Shown: positions 39,340 to 50,214 of the stretch, piece after piece
Layout: every line of letters starts with the position of its first letter
Position numbering within the stretch: position 1 is the stretch's first letter
From: Chiloscyllium plagiosum
Lineage: Eukaryota
DNA length: 63,798 nt
Reading direction: 5' to 3'
Assembly: GCF_004010195.1 (NCBI RefSeq)
Contig: NC_057719.1
Span: forward strand, 86,639,648 to 86,703,445
Position numbers and translations under genes: made by a program
The notes under the pieces: generated by a model
Told to the model about the DNA's origin: nothing
The model's database searches: none
The model's input: the letters and a program-made list of their open reading frames with translations, nothing else

Positions 39340-39677
39340 CTAAAACAATTTAAAAAAAGATAAACGCAATACTTTGTGGTAGATAAAGTACAGAATAAGT
39401 TTTAAAGTTTAAACTTATGCATTTTAAAAGAAACATTCTTTCAAAATTTTTCAAGTTAAAAAAAAGTGTAGTCTTTAACAAATAATGTAAAGAACTACTC
39501 TGGAAAGGATCTACTAACACAACTTTATTTACCTTGCTGAGAACAGAAGAATCACTACCAACTTAGGAGAACACAACAAATATGGAGGATTATGGCTGTT
39601 CAGCAGCTTCAGGTAAAGCTAAACTCAGACATTCATTCAGGGAGACCAATAGCATCAACGCACATTACACAACTTAC

Positions 39678-39799
39678 CCGGAGGTCATGGGGAAGCATGA
39701 CCAGCATGCCACTATGGTCCATGAAATAGGCTCCCTCACTACCTTCATACAACTTCTTGTTCTTTGGCATTAATAGAGGTGTGTGCAACCAGGTAGCTC
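39678..39799 (-). CDS. EIF2AK4: GCN2 exon
   Basis: (G)ATWLHTPLLMPKNKKLYEGSEGAYFMDHSGMLVMLPHDLR; CAG acceptor, GTAAG donor. Confidence 0.96.
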
Positions 39800-39976
39800 C
39801 TGTGAAAGATTACAAACTTAAGTTCTGAGGTAAAGCTTCGTACCTCCAATTAGTCAGAGAAATGTTTAAAGTCTAGGGAAAATGCATTTCAGTAAAGTAA
39901 CACATTTATCCAATGAGTGAGGTGAGGAAAGATATTAAATCAATTATCATAGATGTTGGCTAATTCAATACATGAA

Positions 39977-40184
39977 GAAAGTGAGGACTGCAGATGCTGG
40001 AGATCAGAGTCAAGCATGTGGTGCTGGAAATGCACAGCAGGTCAGGCAGCATCAGAGGAGCAAAAGAATAGACATTTCGGGCATAAGCTCTTCATCCAGA
40101 AAGGCTTATGCCCGAAACGTCGATCCTCCTGCTCCTCAGATGCTGCCTGACCTGCTGTGCTTTTCCAGCACCACACTCTCGACT
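39977..40184. mobile_element. Penelope-type (family A) palindromic insertion
   Basis: Inverted arms; TSD CTAATTCA(A/G)TACATGAA at 39960-39976 and 40185-40201. Confidence 0.85.
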
Positions 40185-41429
40185 CTAATTCAGTACATGA
40201 AATGAGAGATCATACAACACAAAGTGACATCATTTTAGCCTAGTGTGCCTGTTTGAAACTTCTTTGACAGTGCTATCTAATTAATTCCACAATCCTGTTG
40301 TTCCTCCCCAGCTTTGCAAATAATTTTCCTTCACTTACCTACAGAATTCTCTTTTTAAGATTAGTGCATCTGCCTACACAGGTCCAAACAACTGTGTATT
40401 TAATAGGTTTCACAAAGTTTCCCTGTTTTTCTTGCCAATTAACTTCAATCTGAGACCTTTTTGCCAATGGAAACTGCTTCTTTCCATTTACTATGTAACT
40501 ATTTATGATTTTGAACTTTACTACCATATCTCCTTGCAACCTTTCCATTCTTAGGAAACAAGCCCAGCTTCTCCAAGCTCACCATACTTCATACTCAGTA
40601 CTAGTCTCATAAGTTGTTTCTGCAACCACTATTGGGCTTCGATTCCTTTCTAAAACATACTGGAAAATTGAAAACAATGCACCAGACAAGCCTAACTAAA
40701 ATAAAATAGCTTCAGTTTTGCCTTTCATGTTCAGTGCCCACATGCTTCAACGGTTGCTAGTGGTAGCAGGAGGAGGGGGGAGGGGACAGTATGAGCAAAG
40801 GAGAGAACACATGTGGGAGACAGCACGTGAGCAAGGAAAAGCAAGTGTCCACGAATGCAGGAGAGAGAATGCACGCAAGGAAGACCATGGACATGAGAAA
40901 TAGAAGGATACAGCATGAGGGTAAGTGACCACAAGTGAGGGAGAGAGCATGAGAGAGAGCACGAGAGAGATAGAGAGAGAGAGATGGTGCAGGGTGGAAG
41001 TTCACAAGAAAGGTTCAAAGGGAGATGAGGAGAATGCTTTGAAAAGAGGCACTGTTCAGTGAGTTGAGGAAACAAAGGTTGGGATGACAGGTAAGTGAAG
41101 AGACAAGAATTAGGGTAGAGTAGAGGTAAGAGCGTGCACATACGCGTGCGTGTACATGCATGTGTATGTGTATAGAGATATGTTGGGAAGAAGGGCATGT
41201 TTGAGAGTTTGTTCATGTGTGCATGTGATGTGTGAATTGCCAGTAGAGAGCCTTCATCAAGTCTTCAATCATCAGGGAAATTATGGAGAGTTGGGGTCGA
41301 TAACATTTTTTGAAAAAATTTTTAAAACACAGATTTTGATATTTATTGATCTATAATACTGTCAGAATGGGGTCATACTGGAGAAAACTTTGATAAATAC
41401 AATTTTAGAGGCCTCCAACAAGAGTCAGA

Positions 41430-42000
41430 TCTCTGAAAGTGGCCACACAAATAGTTAGGGTGGTAAAGAAACATACGGCATGCTTGTCTTTATACACCGA
41501 GGAACTGAGTACGAGAGTCAGAATGTCATGTTGCAGTTTTATAAGACAAATTCTGCTCACCACATCACAGGAGGAATATGGAGGTTTAGAAGAGTGTGCA
41601 GAAGAGGTTTACTGGGATGCTGCCTCGATTAGAGAGTATGAACTGTAAGGAGAAGCTAGAAAAACTCGGGTTGCTTTCTCCGGAGTGGCAGAGGCTGAGG
41701 GGAGACTTGATAGAAGTCTATAAAATTAAGAGATGCATAGATAGGGTTGACAGTCAGAATTTCTTTCCCCTCGGAGTTGAAGTATCCAATATTAGGGGCA
41801 TGCATTTAAGATGTGAGAGGCAAGTGTTTTTATACCGAGAGCTTAGGAGTCTGGAACGTGTTGCCACGGATTGTAATGGAGACAGATAAGATAGGGATAT
41901 GGACCAAGGGCAGGTAGAAGGGATAAGTTTAATTTGGCATCATGTTCAGCACGACATCGTGTGCAGAAGGGCCTGATGCTGTGTTGTATTGTTGTATGAC
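41430..42000 (+). mobile_element. Degraded CR1 3' fragment
   Basis: VQKRFTGMLP...RLRGDLIEVYKI...DRVDSQNFFP. Confidence 0.85.
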
Positions 42001-42424
42001 CATCCTTTTCTAACATATACACCCATATATTTATGATGAAATCCTTGTAAATTGTCTCTCAGTCCTCTCCAGCACTTTAAATGCTTTTGACACAATGATG
42101 GCCCTGAACTATACACAGTACTTGAACTCTAATACTCTATTAAAATAAATCAAATTGGCTACAGAGAACCCACAGAACAAAAACTGGACAGAATCAGAAG
42201 ATAGGAGAAAGGATAGACAGCAGATGCTGGAGAGTCAGACACAGCAGGTCAGGTAGCATCCAAGGTGCAGTAGAGTCAATGTTTTAAGCATAATCCCTTC
42301 ATCAGAAACGTGGAGGGGGAAACGGGCTGAGAGATAAATAGGGGCATGGGGGAGGTAGGTGGGCTGGCAATAAATGGATGCAGGTGGGAAGTGATTGTGA
42401 TAGGTCGATGGGGAGGGTGGAGTG

Positions 42425-42804
42425 GATTAGATTAGATTACGTTTAGATTAGATTACTTACAGTGTGGAAACAGGCCCTTCAGCCCAACAAGTTCACACCG
42501 ACCCTCCGAAGAGCAACCCACCCAGACACATTCCCCTACCTTTACCCCTTCACCTAACACTATGGGCAATTTAACATGGCCAATTCACCTAACCTGCACA
42601 TTTTTTAGAAAGGAATCGAAGCACAATAGTGGTTGCAGAAACAACTTATTAGACTGTGGGAGGAAACCGGAGCACCCGGAGAAAACCCACGCAGACAGGG
42701 GGAGAATGTGCAAACTCCATATAGACAGTTGCCTGAGGTGGGAATTGAATCCGGGTCTCTGGCGCTGAGGCAGCAGTGCTAACCACTGTGCCATCATGCC
42801 GCCC
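42425..42804 (-). mobile_element. HE1-like SINE with a foreign internal insertion
   Basis: Full head-to-tail SINE on -, with extra sequence at 42603-42649. Confidence 0.88.
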
Positions 42805-42952
42805 ATGGTAGGTGGATAGGTGGGGAGGAAGGTGAAGAGGGTCAAGAGGGAAGTGCCAAGTTGGATGGTTGGATCTGGGATGGGGGGGGAAATTGGAAAC
42901 TGGTGAATGTTGATGCTGTGTGGTTGGGCTAGTCGCAATAGAGCATACTCAC

Positions 42953-43028
42953 CATGCCTTTTGAACACACGACACACTGTCTCATATACAAAGTGCCGGA
43001 GGATGGCATGGTGCGTTGAAAAACTGCC
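42953..43028 (-). CDS. EIF2AK4: GCN2 exon, start of HisRS-like domain
   Basis: GSFSTHHAILRHFVYETVCRVFKRH-G; CAG acceptor, GTGAG donor. Confidence 0.95.
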
Positions 43029-43310
43029 CTGAAGAAAGAAAGCCACTTCAGTTTGTTTTTTTTTTCAAAAACATGAATTATAATCTGACTGCATCAGGCA
43101 TGGACCTTTTAGAATGACCACAGCTAACATACCTGCAGAAAAGGAGGTTAAACCCCATTACAGCATGGTTTCTGACATCTGATCATTTTTTCAAACTTAC
43201 TGCCAGCAGCTGGTCAGAATATCAGCACAAGTGAATACTCATGGCGTTTTTATTGGTATAAGGTCAGAATTCAATAGTTTGTGAATTGCTCTCCAACCAC
43301 CTTCCACATA

Positions 43311-43453
43311 TGCTATAAATTCTGTGTCTTACAATCTTATACTCCACAACCACCTGAAGAAGGATCAGTGCTCCGAAAGGTAGTACTTCCAAATAAACCT
43401 GTTGGACTATAACCTGGTGTTGTGTGATTTTTAACCTTGTACACCCCAGTCCA
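43311..43453 (+). mobile_element. Penelope-type (family B) arm with hammerhead-like motif
   Basis: cacCTGAAGA-A-GGATC-AGT-GCTCC-GAAA-G-GTA at 43354-43382; same arm as in 62032-63283. Confidence 0.75.
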
Positions 43454-44563
43454 ACACTGGCACCTCCAAATCACACATACCCACCATGCAGTGTAGAGGA
43501 AGGGCTGGTGTTTTCAGTTTTAGCCTTTTAAAAATCTTGCAAGAGGAGAAGATTTATAAGGAGATTGTGGATGGGAAATGTAGCAAAGCTTCATTTAAAA
43601 TTGATGACCAAGATCTTTATAACCTATTGAATAGTACAGGGCCAGGGAGAGCAGGTGCGTGAAGCCACACCGTCAATAAAGGAGAGTGGGATGGGTAAGG
43701 TTTGCCTTTAAACTGAGGCATAAAGTTTTAAAGAGGGCCACAAGGGTACAGGTACCTAAAAAACTAAGATGATCGTGTTGATGATGCTGTTGCCTCACAG
43801 ACAGTAAATAATAATTAATTTGGAGCAGGGAAATTGGTTTTAGTAGGTAGGAACGAACAGGCAGTCTTGAAATCTCCAAATCCACACCTCCCATACCCTG
43901 CCCATCTGAACTATTAGCTGGTGTGATTTTCAGCAATATGGTTTCCCTGGGATAAATCACCAGCATAAATCAGGAAATTACATAATAGAGCCAATACTTT
44001 GTTGTGTGCACACAATATAAAATACAAACAGGTAAGGCTGATAAGAATGAAGTTTCGTTTCTGCTATTGGCAGGTCTCTGGTGGAGTTCTAATGCTGAAT
44101 AATATAACATGCAGGTGTCATTACTGTACTGGACTTCTTAATATTACAGATGAATAGCATATATTAGAAAAGACATGGGTTATAAATATATCACACCATA
44201 GCAGCCTCTTGGGATTCAGAGCATAATTATTTATTTTGCTTTATTCTTCTTGTTACATTAATTTCAAACCTGCTGACAAGCTCTTAATCACGAGTACATT
44301 ATTACTATTCTATTTCAATTTGTCGGCACATCACTGTATCTGAATAAAGCCAAATCAAGACAAGTTGAGCTCCGATAAGAGATCATTGACTTGAAATGTC
44401 AACTCTGGTTCCTGTTCGAGAGGTACTAGCAGACTTCCATTGTATTTCAGGTTTCCATTTCAGTTTTGCTGCATCTGCACTATTTTGGTTTGAGGTTAAG
44501 TTTAATTCTATTCCCAATAGAATCAGCAAGTGCAGTGACAGTGATGCAGTATCAATTTCCTAC

Positions 44564-44800
44564 CTTGTGAACATCAATATCATAGGTGAAATCCATGGCA
44601 GGGGTGATATGTTGGGAGAAGATTTGGGTGACCAACGTCCGGTAAACTTTGCTACTGGTGTTCGCCAGTGCGTGGTGCAGCATTTCATGAAGTTCTGATT
44701 CCTCCATCTGGGGTGGGGGGAGATGCTTGCTTTTCAGCAGCTCTACTGCGGTGGGACGTTTTGCTGGGTCGTGATTTAACAGCCAGCCGATGATCAACCT
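44564..44800 (-). CDS. EIF2AK4: GCN2 exon, kinase subdomain XI and linker
   Basis: RLIIGWLLNHDPAKRPTAVELLKSKHLPPPQMEESELHEMLHHALANTSSKVYRTLVTQIFSQHITPAMDFTYDIDVHK; AAG acceptor, GTAGG donor. Confidence 0.96.
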
Positions 44801-44924
44801 CTTTAAAGAGAACGGCAACAACAAAACATTAACTGTGGATCAAAACTGATTTCATACATTGCCTACCTCCACATGGAAATGGATAGAGCTGTACAGGAGC
44901 TGGATTAAACTATTCATCCTCGCA

Positions 44925-45156
44925 GGAGAAAGTGAGGACTGCAGATGCTGGAGATCAGAGCTGAAAATGTGTTGCTGGAAAAGCGCAGCAGGTCAGGCAG
45001 CATCCAAGGAACAGGAGAATCGACGTTTCGGGCATAAGCCCTTCTTCAGGAATGAGGAAAGCCATTTCTGAAGAAGGGCTTATGCCCGAAATGTCGATTC
45101 TCCTGTTCCTTGGATGCTGCCTGACCTGCTGCGCTTTTCCAGCAACACATTTTCAG
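44925..45156. mobile_element. Young Penelope-type (family A) palindromic insertion with hammerhead motifs on both strands
   Basis: Near-perfect inverted arms; perfect TSD CTATTCATCCTCGCA at 44910-44924 and 45157-45171. Confidence 0.9.
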
Positions 45157-45505
45157 CTATTCATCCTCGCAAACCTGCTTCATCATCCAACAGATGAGGG
45201 GATTGGTCATTCTGGACTGAAACAAGGAAAAGTTTCTTCATTCAGTAATTTGCAAATCTGGAATTTTCTAACCCAGAATGCTGCAGATACACAGTCTATG
45301 ATCATGAGATGAATTTGGGAAAAGAAAAGAGGGTCAAGGAAGATATAAACTTAACCATAATATTGAATAACAGCCACATAGCCTTCTGCCCTTCTTTCTT
45401 TAAACCGCTCTTATAAACTAATTTTTGAAGATGACATTCTGATAACAATCCTCTTAAAAATGAATACATATTCCTCAAGTTATGATTCCAAAATGGAATG
45501 TAAAA

Positions 45506-45790
45506 TGGCGGCTCAGTGGTTAGCACTGCCGCCTCACAGTGCCAGGAACACGGGTTTGATTTCACCCTCGGGCAACTGTGTGTAGAGTTTGCACATTTTC
45601 CTCATGTCTGCGTTGGTTTCCCCCGGGTGCTCTAGTTTTCCTCCCACAGTTCAAAGATGCGCAGTTAGGAACATTAGCCATGGAAAATACAGGATACAGG
45701 ATACAAGGATTTGTTTGGGGCAGGGGAACTGTTTCAGTGTACAACTCAATGGGCCAAATGGTCTGCTCCCACACTAAGGATTATATGATT
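45506..45790 (+). mobile_element. HE1/V-SINE-like element, diverged
   Basis: ggcggctcagtggttagcactgccgcctcacagtgccagg head plus central domain. Confidence 0.75.
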
Positions 45791-46418
45791 CGATCCAAAT
45801 GGGGCCTATAATTAAGCATCTAAACAACTAATGCATAAATTGTACTTTGTACTGCAAGTAAGTAACTCTATTCAAAGTGCTACAATTTTATTACAATACA
45901 GGCAGAGATGTGTATTTACATAGCAATCAGTGTTGCAGTAGTGCATACCAACTATCTGGTGCACCATAGCAACTTATGAAGGCTCCTTCGACATCACCTT
46001 CCAAACTCATGGATTTACCACACAGACAGACATGAGCAGCACAAACGTGGGAATGCCACCACCTGCAATTTCCCCTCCAAGACACACTATCTACTGACTT
46101 GGATCATCATTGTTCCTTCACCATCGTTAGTTAAGTGCTAAAGAAGTCCACTCACCACCACCTTCTCAAGGGCAACAAATGGTGGCTAAGCCACATTGTC
46201 TGAAAGCATTAAAAAAAAGGCAGTTGGCAGCAGGTTCCATGCTCTAAACACTGAGTAAGAAGTGCCTCATCATTTCCCTATTAGGTTTATTAATATCGAT
46301 ATTAATAATACCTATACGGGACAACATATGTAGGAAAAGGGATGGGGATATAAGGCAGAAATCAGGGAGCTAGGGTGGAAGCTTAATGCTAGAACAGAGT
46401 TGTTATCTCTGGTTTGTT

Positions 46419-47389
46419 CTGGATTAGTGGTGCTGGAAGAGCACAGCAGTTCAGGCAGCATCCAAGGAGCTTCGAAATCGACGTTTCGGGCAAAAGTCCT
46501 TCATCAGGAAAATAGGCAGTGAGCCTGGAGCGTGGAGAGATAAGCTAGAGGAGGGTGGGGGTGGGGAGAANNNNNNNNNNNNNNNNNNNNNNNNNNNNNN
46601 NNNNNNNNNNNNNNNNNNNNNNNNNNNNNNNNNNNNNNNNNNNNNNNNNNNNNNNNNNNNNNNNNNNNNNNNNNNNNNNNNNNNNNNNNNNNNNNNNNNN
46701 NNNNNNNNNNNNNNNNNNNNNNNNNNNNNNNNNNNNNNNNNNNNNNNNNNNNNNNNNNNNNNNNNNNNNNNNNNNNNNNNNNNNNNNNNNNNNNNNNNNN
46801 NNNNNNNNNNNNNNNNNNNNNNNNNNNNNNNNNNNNNNNNNNNNNNNNNNNNNNNNNNNNNNNNNNNNNNNNNNNNNNNNNNNNNNNNNNNNNNNNNNNN
46901 NNNNNNNNNNNNNNNNNNNNNNNNNNNNNNNNNNNNNNNNNNNNNNNNNNNNNNNNNNNNNNNNNNNNNNNNNNNNNNNNNNNNNNNNNNNNNNNNNNNN
47001 NNNNNNNNNNNNNNNNNNNNNNNNNNNNNNNNNNNNNNNNNNNNNNNNNNNNNNNNNNNNNNNNNNNNNNNNNNNNNNNNNNNNNNNNNNNNNNNNNNNN
47101 NNNNNNNNNNNNNNNNNNNNNNNNNNNNNNNNNNNNNNNNNNNNNNNNNNNNNNNNNNNNNNNNNNNNNNNNNNNNNNNNNNNNNNNNNNNNNNNNNNNN
47201 NNNNNNNNNNNNNNNNCCCACCCTCCTCTAGCTTATCTCTCCACGCTTCAGGCTCACTGCCTTTATTCCTGATGAAGGGCTTTTGCCCGAAACGTCGATT
47301 TCGAAGCTCCTTGGATGCTGCCTGAAATGCTGTGCTCTTCCAGCACCACTAATCCAGAATCTGGTTTCCAGCATCTGCAGTCATTGTTT
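46419..47389. mobile_element. Penelope-type (family A variant) palindromic insertion with an N gap in its centre
   Basis: Inverted arms at about 46419-46560 and 47217-47358; TSD TTATCTCTGGTTTGTT at 46403-46418 and 47390-47405; Ns at 46571-47216. Confidence 0.88.
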
Positions 47390-50006
47390 TTATCTCTGGT
47401 TTGTTGCCCATGCCACGTGCTAGTGAGGTGAGGAATAGGGAGAGAGAGGAGTTGAATATGTGGCTACAGGGGAGGGTTTCAGATACCTGGATAATTGGGG
47501 CTCGTTCTTGGGTAGGTGGGACCTCTACAAACAGGATGGTCTACACCTGAACCAGTGGGGTACCAATATCCTGGGCGGGGGAGAGTTGCTAATGCTCTTT
47601 GATAGAGTTTAAACCAATTCAGCAGGGGGATGGGAACTTAAATTGTAGCTTCAGTGTCCAGGAGGTTGAGAGTAGTGAGGTCAGAAATGAGGTTGCAAGG
47701 TCGCAAGAGCTCACCAGCAAGCAGGAAGGCGGTTTGAAGTGTGTCAACCTCAACACCAGGAGCATCCAGAATAAGGTGGGTGAACTTGCAGCATGGGTTG
47801 GTACCTGGGATTTCGATGTTGTAGCCATTTCAAAGACATGGATAGAGTAGGGACAGGAATGGTTGTTGCCGGTTCCGGGATTTAGATGTTTCAGTAAGAA
47901 CACAGAAGATGGTAAAAGGGGGAGGTGTGGCATTATTAGTCAAGGACAGTATTATAGTGGCAGAACATTTGAGAACTAGTCTACTGAGATACTGAGGTTC
48001 GAAACAGGAAAGGGGAGGTCACCTTATTGGCAGTTTTCTATCGGTCTCCGAGTAGTTCCAGAGATGTAGAGGAAAGGATAGCAAAGATAATTCTGGACAG
48101 GAGCGAAAGTAACAGGGTAGTTGTTATGGGGGACTAACTTTCCAAATATTGACTGGAAATGCTATACTTAGAGTAGTTTAGATGGGTCAGTTTTTGTCCA
48201 ATGTGTGCAGGAGGATTTCCTGTAGTCAAGCCAACAAGGAGCGGGGCCACATTGGATTTGGTACTGCAGAATGATCCTGGTCAGGTGTTAGATTTGGAGG
48301 TAGGTGAGCACTTTGGTAATAGTGATCACTATTCAGTTACATTTACCTTAGTGATGAAAAGGGCTATGTATATACTGCAGGGCAAGAGTTACAGCTGTGG
48401 GAAACACAATTACGATACAATTAGGCAAGATGAAGGATGCATAGGATGGGGAAGGAAACTGCAGCGGATGGGCACAATTGAAATGTGGAGTTATTCAAGG
48501 AACAGCTACAGTGTGTCCTTAATAAGTATGTAACCTGTCAGACAGGGAGGAAGTGGTTGAGTGAGGGAGCCGTGGCTTGCTAAAGAAGTGCAAACTCTTG
48601 TCAAGAGGAAAAAAGGTTTATATACAGATGAAACGTGAAGGCTCAGTTAGGGTGCTTGAGAGTTACATGTTAGCCATCTCTTTAGGTCTGTCTAGGCTAA
48701 GAGGAGCCAGGAGGGGACATGAGAAGTCATTGGTAGGTAGGATCAAGGAAAACCCTAAAAGTGTTCTGTAGGTATATCAGGAATAAAACCATGACTAGAG
48801 AAAGATGGGCCAATCAAGGATAGTAGTGGGAAGTTGTGCGTGGAGTCCAAGGAGATAAGGGAAGCGCTAAATGAATATTTTTTTGTCAGTATTTTTTACT
48901 GGAAAAACACAATGTGTCAAGGAGATTACTGAGAAACAGGCTACTAGACTAGACAGGATTGAGGTTCATAAGGATGAGTTGTTAGCAATTCTGGAAACTG
49001 TGAAAATAGATAAGTCCTGTGGGCCGGATGGGATTCATCAGAGGATTCTCTGGGAAGGCAGGGAGGAAACTGCAGAGCCTTTGGCTTGGATCTTTATGTC
49101 ATCATTGTCTACAGGAATAGTGCCATAAGACTGGAGGATAGCAAATGTTGTTCCCTTGGTCAAGAAGGGGAGTAGAGACAACGCTGGAAATTGACCGGTG
49201 AGCCTTACTTCAGCTTTGGGTAAAGTGTTGCTAAAGGTTATAAGATATAGGATTTATAATCATCTAGAGAGGAATAAGTTGATTAGGGATAGTCAACACA
49301 GTTTTGTGAACAGTAGGTCGTGCCTCACAAACCTTACTGAGTTCTTTGAGATGGTGACCAAACAGGTGGATGAGGGTAAAGCAGCTGAAGTGGTGTATGT
49401 GAATTTCAATAAGGCGTTTGATCAGGTTCCCCATGGTAGGCTATTGCACAAAATATGGAGAAATGTGATTGAGGACGTTTTAGCGGTTTAGGATCAGAAA
49501 TTGGCTAGCTGAAAGAAGACAGAGTGTGGTGAGTGATGGGAAATGTTCGTCCTGGAGTTCATTTACTAGTGGTGTACCGCAAGAATCTGTTTTGGGGCCA
49601 CTGCTGTTTGTTATTTTTATAAATGACCTAGATAAGGGCATTGAAGGATGGGTTAGTAAATTTGCAGATGACACTAAGGTCGATAGAGTTGTGGATAGTG
49701 CTGAAATATGTTGCAGGTTACAGAGGGACAGAGATAAGCTGCAGAGGTGGCAAATGGAGTTTAATGCGAAAAAGTGTGAGGTGATTCACTTTGGAAGGAG
49801 CAACAGGAATAAAGAGTACTGGGTTAATGGTAAAATTCTTGGTAGTGGAGATGAGCAGAGATATCTTGGTGTCCATGTGCATCGATCCCTGAAAGTTGTC
49901 AACCAGGTAGATAGGGCTGTTAGCTTTTATTGGAAGAGGGGTTGGGTTTCAGAGCCACGAGGTCATGCTGCAGCTGTACAAAACTCTGGTGCAGCTACAC
50001 TTGTAG

Positions 50007-50214
50007 GAGAAAGTGAGGTCTGCAGATGCTGGAGATGAGAGATGGAAATGTGTTGCTGGAAAAGCGCAGCAGGTCAGGCAGCATCTAGGGAACAGGAGAA
50101 TCGACGTTTCGGGCATTAGCCCTTCCTGAAGAAGGGCTAATGCCCGAAACGTCGATTCTCCTGTTCCCTAGATGCTGCCTGACCTGCTGTGCTTTTCCAG
50201 CAACACATTTCCAT
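50007..50214. mobile_element. Young Penelope-type (family A) palindromic insertion inside CR1 RT
   Basis: Perfect TSD CAGCTACACTTGTAG at 49992-50006 and 50215-50229; hammerhead core on + at 50126-50153. Confidence 0.9.

Noticed and set aside
44925..45156. Palindromic elements read as MITEs or miRNA hairpins
   Set aside because: Long variable TSDs, asymmetric ends and variable inner breakpoints do not fit DNA transposons, and there is no evidence here of miRNA processing.
46451..47325. Two 256-aa ORFs
   Set aside because: Artefacts of the N gap.
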